Shown here: positions 20,686 through 28,677 of the stretch, in pieces
Layout of the letters: each line of letters begins with the position of its first letter
How positions within the stretch are numbered: the stretch's first letter is position 1
From: an uncultured Acidobacteriota bacterium
GTDB taxonomy: Bacteria > Acidobacteriota > Terriglobia > UBA7540
NCBI GenBank assembly: GCA_963765485.1
Contig: CAVXWN010000025.1
Span: 9,273 to 73,272 of the forward strand
DNA length: 64,000 bases
Direction of reading: 5' to 3'
Made by a program: the position numbers and the translations under genes
The notes under the pieces: model-generated
What the model was told of the DNA's origin: nothing
The model's input: only the letters and a program-made list of their open reading frames with translations
The model's database searches: none

Positions 20686-22941
20686 TCAGCCGGCCTCTTC
20701 GATAGTCAGCCACGTACTGCCTTGGGCGGGGATGGTCAGGGTTACGTTGGCCTCAAATCTGTGATTCAGTGGATATTTCTGTGGCGCGTGGTCTTGCTCA
20801 CGAATCAAAGCGTTCTCGACAAGGCCGGTGTAGTAGAGTGGGAGCGTGAGCGTTCGCGTGACTTCGACCTCGAGTGGATTGTAAACCATCGCCAACCCCT
20901 TCATTTCCGACTGCGGATTGATGTGCAGAATAGCGTCGATATCGCGCCCGTCCGCCCGGCGGACATGGATAATGTCGGATTCGAGTATGCGGCGGTGGGC
21001 TTTGTAGAAATCCACCCACTTCTTCACGACGGCTTTGGTCTCGTCCGTGTCGTAAAGCTGATAACCGCGGTAGGCTGCCTGCACGCCGGAACCGAGAAGC
21101 TGGGTCAAGATCTGCGCGTACACCTGCTGGTGTTCATGCAACGGTTCAATGGTCGCTGCGGCCCCCCCTCCCTGATACTGCACAAGGGGCACAAACATCC
21201 ACCCCATACTGGGGGCCTTGTGCCACGTCCCGTCAAAGATGTTCTGGCGAGCGATGACGACCTGTTCCGCGCGCGGCAGTGACCAGTCGGTTTCCCGGTA
21301 GCCCATCCCCGTCTTGCTCGAACCATTCAGGAAGTACCAATCCGGCACGTTCAGATAGACGCCTCGTGCCCGACACCAGCGGTAGAACTGCACAATTCTG
21401 GTCCACTGCGTCCATTGCGAGTCGAGCAAGTCACGGTGCCCGGGATGGCGGGTCGAGGCGCAAACGTCTCCCGGATACGAGCCATCGTGTTCCAGCACAC
21501 CCATGCCGGTCTGTTCGATGAACGTGTACAGTTTTCGAAAGTAGTCGATTCCCCAGGAACTTCCGAGGCACGGCGAGTGCCCGAAGATCGCTCCTTGGGT
21601 CGTGCCCGTCTTAGGGTCAATGACATCATTTTCCGGTCCCACGTCGCGACTTGCAAGCAGTGAGTAACCGCCCAGGACAATGCCTTTGTTCCTTGCGTAA
21701 TCCACCAGTTCTTTCATTTCCTGGACGAAATCGGCGCTCACGTTTGTAGGGTCGAAGTCGCTCCCAAACGAAATAATCACCATCTCAAACCCGACTTCAG
21801 CCGCCTGGTCCACGGCGCTTCGAACGCCAGCGGCTTTACTACTGGTCACGTGCATGAAAATGGGGTTCTCGGTCACCCAGGGACTGATTGTGCGATACAT
21901 GCGCCGCAAGGCCAATCCCGTCCGCTCGCGCTCTGTACTGTCATAGACCAGTTCGTAGGTGCGAAATGATTCGAAGCTCTCTCCAGGAGGAATATCCATA
22001 TCCGGACCGATCGGCGGATGCACTTGAAGCAGGCAAGGAGTTCGGAGATTGTAGTTCACCTGGGTGGTGTATTCCGAGTCCGCAACCCAGTTTACGGTGT
22101 GGTTGGCGTTGCTAACGTCATCTCCGTCGAATTCATAATCGGACTCGACATGGATGTTCGGAAAATGCCACCCGCCGTCGCCAACACTGGACTCGTACTC
22201 CACGGCGGCCAGGATTTCATTGACAAACCGGTTCAGCCGCACCCGTCTTCCGGACTGGTTTCGAATGGTAAGCCATTTCGAAAGCAACGGAATTCCGTCA
22301 AACATTTCATAGTGAACAAAAACCGTGATTCCCAATGGCCCCGACTCTCCCGATTCAAAACGCAGAGTGAGCGAAGCGCCGGGAGGAGGCCAAGGTTGAT
22401 CGACGGAGAAGTGAGTGCGTTTCCACGGAAACCGCTCTTTGGTCCTGCCGATCCTAAATCCGGTGCAGCGGAAAGCCTTCGGATCAGCGGTCACCTGCTT
22501 CAGCCATTCGGGTTTCAGAACAGCGAGGTCCGGCTGCCCGAGCAGTCCTCCTACTGCTATCTCCGCTTGCCAGTCCAGTTGGACGTAAGCCTCCGGCTTC
22601 ACGGCGCGCAGAATTGAAGCCCCGGTTACGAGGTTGTCGAAACCCACTGTCGCGGCATTCGGCCGCAAGCGCCACGTGCGCCGGATGAGGCCGTTGGTCA
22701 TCGCAATTTCATTGGCACGGGCAGTCTGATAAACGCTTGTCTCCAACGCAAAAGGAGTGACAAGCCAATCGGCCGACAGCGGCTTCACGATTTCATCACT
22801 GGGAAGTGCGGGGAGATGGGCGGACTCGTCAAGTGAAGCAAACTCCTCTGATTCTTGCCTGCTCACGGCGGGAACTAATCCTCGTGCCCATGTGGCGCCT
22901 AGCCCGGTAAGTGAGGTGGTCATGAATCGTCTTCTGTCCAT
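20686..22941 (-). CDS. Tat-exported glycoside-hydrolase-like protein (alpha-galactosidase-like TIM barrel); family uncertain
   Basis: The N-terminus MDRRRFMTTSLTGLGATWA carries a twin-arginine motif. The protein is 751 aa. Its central region (FEMVIISFGSDFD, DYARNKGIVLGGYSL, EHDGSYPGD) resembles sugar-hydrolase TIM barrels. The assignment rests on resemblance only. Confidence 0.5.
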   Translation of the reverse strand: MDRRRFMTTSLTGLGATWARGLVPAVSRQESEEFASLDESAHLPALPSDEIVKPLSADWLVTPFALETSVYQTARANEIAMTNGLIRRTWRLRPNAATVGFDNLVTGASILRAVKPEAYVQLDWQAEIAVGGLLGQPDLAVLKPEWLKQVTADPKAFRCTGFRIGRTKERFPWKRTHFSVDQPWPPPGASLTLRFESGESGPLGITVFVHYEMFDGIPLLSKWLTIRNQSGRRVRLNRFVNEILAAVEYESSVGDGGWHFPNIHVESDYEFDGDDVSNANHTVNWVADSEYTTQVNYNLRTPCLLQVHPPIGPDMDIPPGESFESFRTYELVYDSTERERTGLALRRMYRTISPWVTENPIFMHVTSSKAAGVRSAVDQAAEVGFEMVIISFGSDFDPTNVSADFVQEMKELVDYARNKGIVLGGYSLLASRDVGPENDVIDPKTGTTQGAIFGHSPCLGSSWGIDYFRKLYTFIEQTGMGVLEHDGSYPGDVCASTRHPGHRDLLDSQWTQWTRIVQFYRWCRARGVYLNVPDWYFLNGSSKTGMGYRETDWSLPRAEQVVIARQNIFDGTWHKAPSMGWMFVPLVQYQGGGAAATIEPLHEHQQVYAQILTQLLGSGVQAAYRGYQLYDTDETKAVVKKWVDFYKAHRRILESDIIHVRRADGRDIDAILHINPQSEMKGLAMVYNPLEVEVTRTLTLPLYYTGLVENALIREQDHAPQKYPLNHRFEANVTLTIPAQGSTWLTIEEAG

Positions 22942-23209
22942 ACTAGCAACCCTCCTGAATGGTTCCTGCCTGCCTCCCCCTTCTGCCGCGAGAATGGAAT
23001 AGGCACCCTGGGCTGTCCCCGGCCCTGCCGGAGGCGGCGTCTGGATATGCGCGGGTCGACAGCAGATACGCCGATGGACTGACGTTGCCCCTCGCGGAGG
23101 TCAGAAATTTATGTTGGATGCTGCTTCTCCCACGGCCGTCGCCGTGGGCCACAAGATGTCGCGTGTTCCGCAGGCTGACTTCATCAACGAACTCAAGGCT
23201 CCGTCGAAA

Positions 23210-23262
23210 GTCACGTTCCGTCATTCCCGCGAAAGCGGGAATCCCGCTCGTTCTGGCGTGAC
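23210..23262. repeat. REP-like nested palindrome
   Basis: The outer arms are gtcacg (23210-15) and cgtgac (23257-62). The inner perfect hairpin is attcccgc-gaaa-gcgggaat (23223-23242). It contains the GTCATTCC core at 23220, and a second GTCATTCCGAGG lies at 23355-23366. Confidence 0.6.
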
Positions 23263-23394
23263 GCGGACCCCCGCTTGCCCCGGGGGTGACGACGACTATG
23301 ACTTTCATTCCATCGGGTGGGCCGCCGGCCCATGACCACTCAGGAGACCCGCCTGTCATTCCGAGGAGCCCGACATTCGCATTGGCGACGGAAC

Positions 23395-24690
23395 TCACTC
23401 GGTTTGCACGTCAGAACCAGGACCAAGGAAGTAGCTATAGCAGGCTTCTTGGATTGCATCCAAAGTGAGCAGGGGTTGTTTACCTTCGTATTTCGCCTTC
23501 CAACATATGTGCTGGATAACGTCCCGCGGATAACAAGCTCGGAGGGGCTGGCGCAGTTCAGACAGAATTCTTATGAACCCGTCCACGACTGAGGCGTCAT
23601 ACTCCAGGCCGGACTGCCCGCAAACCCGGTGCGCGATCTCATGGAACTGTTCGTTGGTTGCGTAAGTCACCCTGATCTTGGTTTGGATTCTTCGCAGGAA
23701 GGCTTCGTCGGCCAGGCTGGAAGGATTCAAGTTCGTAGAAAAGGCGACAATCAAATCGAAGGGGACTTCGAATTTGTTCCCGCCCGCCATGGTCAGGAAA
23801 TCTATCCTGCGGTCCAGGGGCACGATCCAGCGGTTGAGCAACTCAGCGGGACTTATGCGTTGCCGGCCGAAATCATCGATAATCAGGATGCCGTTGTTCG
23901 CCTTCATCTGAAGCGGAGCGGCATAGAAGCCAAGGGTGGGATTGAGCTGAAGATCCAGCAGTTCCATGGTCAATTCACCGCCGACCATCACGCGCGGGCG
24001 ACGGCAAAGCACCCAGCGCCGGTCGCAATCCGCCGGCATAATCTCTTCCCGCGATGTGTGGACAAGCGGGTTAAAGACGGTAATGATCTGCCCTTGGACC
24101 TCCACCGCGTGAGGAATCCACACGGAGTCCTTATAGATCCGGGGTAGGGTCTCAGCGATCAGGGTCTTTCCTGTTCCGGTGGGGCCGTACAGGATGATCG
24201 ATTGACCGGAGACAAGCGCAGCACCCAATTGATCTAACATGCTGTCGCTGAGCACGAGATTCTCGAAGGCCTTGTGAAGTTCGGCCCGGTGGACTACGAC
24301 ATCCAACACGCTTTGGGCGCGGACCACTTCGACGTAGGCTGAAAGGGACACTGGGGCGGGACCTGAATACATATCACGCGACATTATGCGATGCGCTTCG
24401 GTTTGCCCCTTCGAACTCGTGACAATCCTAGGGTCATTGCCGATCATGCCGACGACCTCGACGAGCTGTTCCTTGCGGATGTATCCGAAGATCTCATTGA
24501 TGACAGCGGGGTGGAGCAGCATTCGCCTGCCCAACCCCTGAAGCGAAAGTTCGCCAGCGAGATAGAGTATCTTCAGGGCGAGGTCCTCGAGCAGGTTTAT
24601 CGGGACGCCGGTTTCTTCGACGGTTTCAGGCTCGTGTCCCACAAAGCACATTGTTTCTGAGATCGGTTCGGCGTAAGGCGTTGTTCCCAT
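23395..24690 (-). CDS. orphan AAA+ ATPase (ChlI/ComM/MCM-like core) with a ~190-aa N-terminal domain of unknown function
   Basis: ATG 24690 follows AAGGA. Walker A is LYGPTGTGKTLIAE and Walker B is GILIIDDFGRQ. NRWIVPLDRRIDFLTMAGGNKFEVPFDLIVAFSTNLNP resembles the ChlI/ComM 'LLQ..E.g.v...R' segment. Confidence 0.7.
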   Translation of the reverse strand: MGTTPYAEPISETMCFVGHEPETVEETGVPINLLEDLALKILYLAGELSLQGLGRRMLLHPAVINEIFGYIRKEQLVEVVGMIGNDPRIVTSSKGQTEAHRIMSRDMYSGPAPVSLSAYVEVVRAQSVLDVVVHRAELHKAFENLVLSDSMLDQLGAALVSGQSIILYGPTGTGKTLIAETLPRIYKDSVWIPHAVEVQGQIITVFNPLVHTSREEIMPADCDRRWVLCRRPRVMVGGELTMELLDLQLNPTLGFYAAPLQMKANNGILIIDDFGRQRISPAELLNRWIVPLDRRIDFLTMAGGNKFEVPFDLIVAFSTNLNPSSLADEAFLRRIQTKIRVTYATNEQFHEIAHRVCGQSGLEYDASVVDGFIRILSELRQPLRACYPRDVIQHICWKAKYEGKQPLLTLDAIQEACYSYFLGPGSDVQTE

Positions 24691-25000
24691 CGTTATCCTT
24701 CGGGGCCAAGAATTCCAAATTGCAGATTTGTGATTGCAGGTCGACGGTTGATTCGAGCCCAGGAGCGGGCTGGCAGGCCAAACGGTGACTTCGCCTCCCA
24801 CGTCCCGGAATCTCAACATCAAGCCGGAATTTCCATTATCGACTTTCGACCCGACTGGTAACATACACCCGAGCAGCTCTGAATGGAATGTCCAATCGAG
24901 TTTTCAGTGCTGTGACTGTTGTGCGGCAACCCTCCGTAGGTGTGAAAGAATCGGAGTGGCCATTTGTTGCGGCGCTCCGGGAGCGCCGAAGTTATTGATC

Positions 25001-25027
25001 CCAAAATACGGCAGTCATAAACTGCCG
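25001..25027 (-). terminator. Rho-independent terminator after the OMP gene
   Basis: The minus strand reads cggcagt-ttatg-actgccg followed by tattttgg. This lies 37 nt after the stop at 25064. Confidence 0.6.
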
Positions 25028-25063
25028 CGACAGCGGAATTGGACGTAAGTTGGAGAAGCTTGG

Positions 25064-27988
25064 TTAGAACATAAACCTGACCTGCAGATCGAGGCGACGG
25101 TAGCCCGAAAAATTGTTAACGGAGTTGGACTGGCCGAAGAGAGGTGACCCTAGATTGCCCACCGGTTGGCCGAGGTTAATCTTGTTAAACGCATTGCGCA
25201 CGTTGACGTTGAATTCGAGCGAATAGCGGGAATTTTCCGCCCCGCCGCCGACCATGCCTGGACCGGCGCCTCCTCCACTGAGTCCGCGTCCCCCGAGGTT
25301 GCCTCCCGCGCCCCTGCCGCCAGGGCCACGCCCTCCGCCTCCGCCTCCACCCGCGCCACTCGTTGAGCCCTTCTTTTTGCCGAAACCGAATGTCTTCCCT
25401 AACCTCAGGTTGAGTGAAAACTGGTTGGGCCCAAAAAATTCATAGGGAGGGATCGCCGGCAGGCCCTCCACAGGATAACTATAGAACGTTCCATACCTTG
25501 TCACGACAGACCCGGGCGCACCCAGCGGCGCGAGCGACGGGCGTGCGTTGAAAACGCCGGTTCCAAAAGCATCCTGGCCGAGCGTGATGTTGAAGGGTCT
25601 CCCACTGCTCGCCATCACGAAGGGGCTGATGTGGAATCCCCGTGGCAACTGCACCGATCCGCCCACGAATGCCTGGTTGCGGGAGATAAATGACGCTGGC
25701 CCGTAGTCTTCGCGGATATCGTAGGGATTCATCGGCTGATAGGTGGCGCCGCTCGTGTCACTGTCCGCATAACTGAGCGTGTAGAACCCGAAAGCCGATG
25801 CCCGCCGGCCGCGAAGGCTGAAATTCGTTACCAACTGGTTTTCGTTAAAGAGACCTACGGATTCGAACTGGTCTTCGTATCCCGCGTTTTTTCCAAAGGG
25901 AAACGTGCCGGAGAGGGGGCCGCAGGGCGATGTGCTCGCCGAACCCGGGGGCGGACAGAAGCTGAAATCCTGCGGTGCGTTGATGTTGTTCGTGAGAAGC
26001 TGATGTACTCCGTGGGAATTGATGTACGTTACGGACGCCGTGAGACTCTTGTTAAACTGCCGCTCAAGCCCAATCGCCGATTGAATGGTGTACGGTGCGT
26101 GCAGGTGCGGGTCAATTCGATACGTTGTGGGAAGGGAACTGGAGTAGGTTGCGAGGGTGCTCGGGGGAGGAATATTCGGGAAGAAATCCGGCGAGGTCAC
26201 CAGGTACTGCTGCTGGTTGATTCCGTTCAAATGTTCGGCTGTCAGAATCTGTTGTTCCTGAAACCTGTCGTAGAAGATACCAAAGCCCGCTCGCAGCACG
26301 GCCTTGGGAGACTTGCTCCCTCCCATGCCCCAAGCGAAACCCACCCGTGGGGCGAAGTCGGTGTGGTCGCTAACATAGTTCTGCGATTCGAAGCGCAGGC
26401 CAAGGCTGAGCGAAATATTGGGCCGGGGACGCCACGAGTCTTCCCCATAGATCCCGAGGTCCAAATAATTTAAGCTCGCCGCCGGGTTACCGGCTGTCAG
26501 ACTGAACTGTGTAGCTCCCGGCACTCCGGCAGTGCAGGGCGCGGGGCAACTCTGGTACGCCTGTTCGGCGGCCAAGTATTCATTGATTGTGCCGAATGTG
26601 AAGGCGCCGTTGTAGCCCTGGGTGGTGGAGTTCAGTAGGACGTCATAGTCTCGCAGCCTTCCTCCGAAAACCACTTGGTTCTTACCCAAAGATACGGTAG
26701 TGAGGTTCTGCAGTTCGTAGTGGTTTTCGGTGTCAAGGGCCTTCTGCTGCAAATTGCCGCCGCCGGTGAACGCGCCCAGCACGTTCACGGCAGGAAGCGT
26801 GCTTGCTGGTGTCTGGGTAGTGTCCTCGCGCAGAAACTGGAAGCGAAACAGGTTGACCGCCCGGACGCTGATCACTTGTGTGTCACTCACCTGAACCGTA
26901 TGCTCGACCTCCCGCAGGTCGTACGCTTGAGTCGGAAGTGAAAACTGCTGGATTCCATCGTTATCTTCAATGTCTTCCCACCACTGGTAGCGCACCGACA
27001 GGACGTTGCTCGCGCTGAGCTGATAATCGACACGCGGGCCGATGTTGGTGCGTGTCAGAGGATTGATCACGACCTGGCTGAGGTGCTGCTCGGTCAAATT
27101 GGGGCCGAGAACGACAGCGCTGATCACCGAGTTGTTTTGAATTTCACGGCGGAAAACGTCGAGAAAAAACGCGGCTTTCTTGCTGAACGGGCCACCAATG
27201 CTGCCATTGAAAAACTCCGTGTGATAGGGAGGTTCAGTCACCGCGAACGGGTTGCGAGCATTGAACGCAGAGGCGTTCCCGTCGGCGAACACGTTTCCAT
27301 GGAACTGGCTGAAGCCGGGTTTGGTGGTGATTTCGATCCGCCCATAGCCAAGTTTGTCGTACTCCGCCGAAAACGGGTTCTGGTTGACGCGGACTTCCAT
27401 GATCGCTTCCTTGGGTGGGAGCTGTCCGCCGGTGAAGCCGTCGATGTATATCTGGCCGCCATTTGGTCCGGCAGCCGGCCCGGCAAGAGCTTGAAGCTCA
27501 CTCTGCAGTTCGTCTGGGTCGTCAGAGAAGGACTCGAGTTCCTTGCCACTTATCACAATTGCACTGGCATTGTTCTCGGGCGCGACGCTGAGCGTTTGTG
27601 CTTGGCCCGAGACGTTGACTTCCTCCCGCTCCTGCTCAATCTGGAGCTTGATATCCAACTGTAGAACCAGGCCGCCGACCACCTGGATGTTCCGTTGCTC
27701 GAATCGCGCAAAACCTTGCACGACGGCGCTGACGGTATAAGTCCCAGGCACTAGTCCTTTGATCTCGTAGGCGCCGCCTTTGCCAACCGTGCCGGCCTTC
27801 GCCTGACCCGGCTGCCCCGGCGCCGGGGTTGCGATCACAGTGATATTGGGCACCACGGCGCCGGAGGGATCCGTAACCTGCCCGCGAATCGTGCCCGGGG
27901 CGCTTTGAGCCAGGGCGTGCCCAGCCAGCAAAGGCAACAGCATCCCGCAGGCGAGAATGAACGTTCGAACTCCCAGAGATCTCATCAA
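25064..27988 (-). CDS. giant outer-membrane beta-barrel protein, CarboxypepD_reg-like N-domain plus TonB-dependent-receptor-like barrel
   Basis: A signal peptide (LLAGHALAQ) is followed by GTIRGQVTDPSGAVVPNITVIA and TYTVSAVVQGF (carboxypeptidase-regulatory fold). A long alternating beta-strand region follows, and the protein ends ...LDLQVRFMF with a terminal aromatic residue. Confidence 0.8.
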   Translation of the reverse strand: MMRSLGVRTFILACGMLLPLLAGHALAQSAPGTIRGQVTDPSGAVVPNITVIATPAPGQPGQAKAGTVGKGGAYEIKGLVPGTYTVSAVVQGFARFEQRNIQVVGGLVLQLDIKLQIEQEREEVNVSGQAQTLSVAPENNASAIVISGKELESFSDDPDELQSELQALAGPAAGPNGGQIYIDGFTGGQLPPKEAIMEVRVNQNPFSAEYDKLGYGRIEITTKPGFSQFHGNVFADGNASAFNARNPFAVTEPPYHTEFFNGSIGGPFSKKAAFFLDVFRREIQNNSVISAVVLGPNLTEQHLSQVVINPLTRTNIGPRVDYQLSASNVLSVRYQWWEDIEDNDGIQQFSLPTQAYDLREVEHTVQVSDTQVISVRAVNLFRFQFLREDTTQTPASTLPAVNVLGAFTGGGNLQQKALDTENHYELQNLTTVSLGKNQVVFGGRLRDYDVLLNSTTQGYNGAFTFGTINEYLAAEQAYQSCPAPCTAGVPGATQFSLTAGNPAASLNYLDLGIYGEDSWRPRPNISLSLGLRFESQNYVSDHTDFAPRVGFAWGMGGSKSPKAVLRAGFGIFYDRFQEQQILTAEHLNGINQQQYLVTSPDFFPNIPPPSTLATYSSSLPTTYRIDPHLHAPYTIQSAIGLERQFNKSLTASVTYINSHGVHQLLTNNINAPQDFSFCPPPGSASTSPCGPLSGTFPFGKNAGYEDQFESVGLFNENQLVTNFSLRGRRASAFGFYTLSYADSDTSGATYQPMNPYDIREDYGPASFISRNQAFVGGSVQLPRGFHISPFVMASSGRPFNITLGQDAFGTGVFNARPSLAPLGAPGSVVTRYGTFYSYPVEGLPAIPPYEFFGPNQFSLNLRLGKTFGFGKKKGSTSGAGGGGGGGRGPGGRGAGGNLGGRGLSGGGAGPGMVGGGAENSRYSLEFNVNVRNAFNKINLGQPVGNLGSPLFGQSNSVNNFSGYRRLDLQVRFMF

Positions 27989-28188
27989 TTCTCCTTACCT
28001 TGTCGCACTGAGGCAGCGTATGTCCTTGTCGGCCCTTCACCGCTAAGCACACAAAGACCACTGAGATTGCCCAGAGAAATTCCTCGGTTGAGCCTAACTA
28101 GAGTTAGACGTATGACGCCGTTCGCGCGTTCCATTAGATGCTTTGGCATTGGCTAGGATGTGAAGAAAGGACGTCCTTAAAGACATGA

Positions 28189-28217
28189 TAGGCCTGGAGG
28201 GATTCGAACCCCCCGAG
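28189..28217 (-). other. tRNA-like 3' fragment (T-arm plus acceptor 3' strand), not an intact tRNA
   Basis: The minus strand reads CTCGGGGGGTTCGAATCCCTCCAGGCCTA. This gives a canonical GGTTCGAATCC T-loop with a 5-6-bp T-stem and a 7-nt acceptor strand. No complementary 5' acceptor (AGGCCTG), D-arm or anticodon arm lies upstream. Confidence 0.4.
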
Positions 28218-28677
28218 CCACGGTTCAGGAAACCTGTTTGGGTTAACTTCTTAAATTGTGAGGGCAGGAGACCCTGCAACGCCTTTAGCCTGCATTGTAC
28301 TGATCTGGTTTAGACGTGTCTCAATTCGTCAACATATGGACCTCCTCTACTCGTATTGGACAAACCAGGAGCCTAGCAATCGTCATTCCATAGAGAGGTA
28401 CTAGAGTACTATTGCTCACACGGTAAGTATGGGCAATAACAGGTCAAGGTATTGGCCTGTGGACTCTTTAAGGCTGGCCGCAGTGAGGCAAAAATGCACG
28501 AAGCCTCTTTTGTGCCTTCTCCATATTGGAAGAAAACCTAAACAGTTCAAGGAGGATAAGTATGGGTAAAGGGGATGGTCTGTTTCTGCCATAGGGCGAT
28601 GAGCCGAATCACTCCAAGTCCCTTGAGAACTGAAGAGGGATTTCCGGCTGAAGATCGTCCGCTCCCGGTTTGAGCGT

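Noticed and set aside
22943-23398. 151-aa minus-strand ORF and overlapping plus-strand ORFs between the GH-like gene and the AAA+ gene
   Set aside because: They are translated across REP-like palindromes (…VIPAKAGIP…, …SFRHSRESGNPA…). There is no start context or domain. The region is treated as a repeat-bearing intergenic region.
28190-28285. Cobalamin riboswitch (B12-box-like GGGCAGGAGACCCTGC plus AGGGA / CCCCCG / GCCAC fragments)
   Set aside because: The fragments are too close together to form the P3-P6 helices, and the motif carries an extra C. It lies on the strand opposite the TonB-type OMP gene and about 390 nt from the next plus-strand gene. It is kept only as a note inside a finding, pending cmscan.
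28186-28300. Complete tRNA or tmRNA gene on the minus strand
   Set aside because: Only the T-arm and 3' acceptor strand are present. The required 5' acceptor complement (AGGCCTG), D-arm and anticodon stem cannot be formed from the upstream 90-350 nt. There is no GGGG 5' end or tag-peptide frame for a tmRNA.
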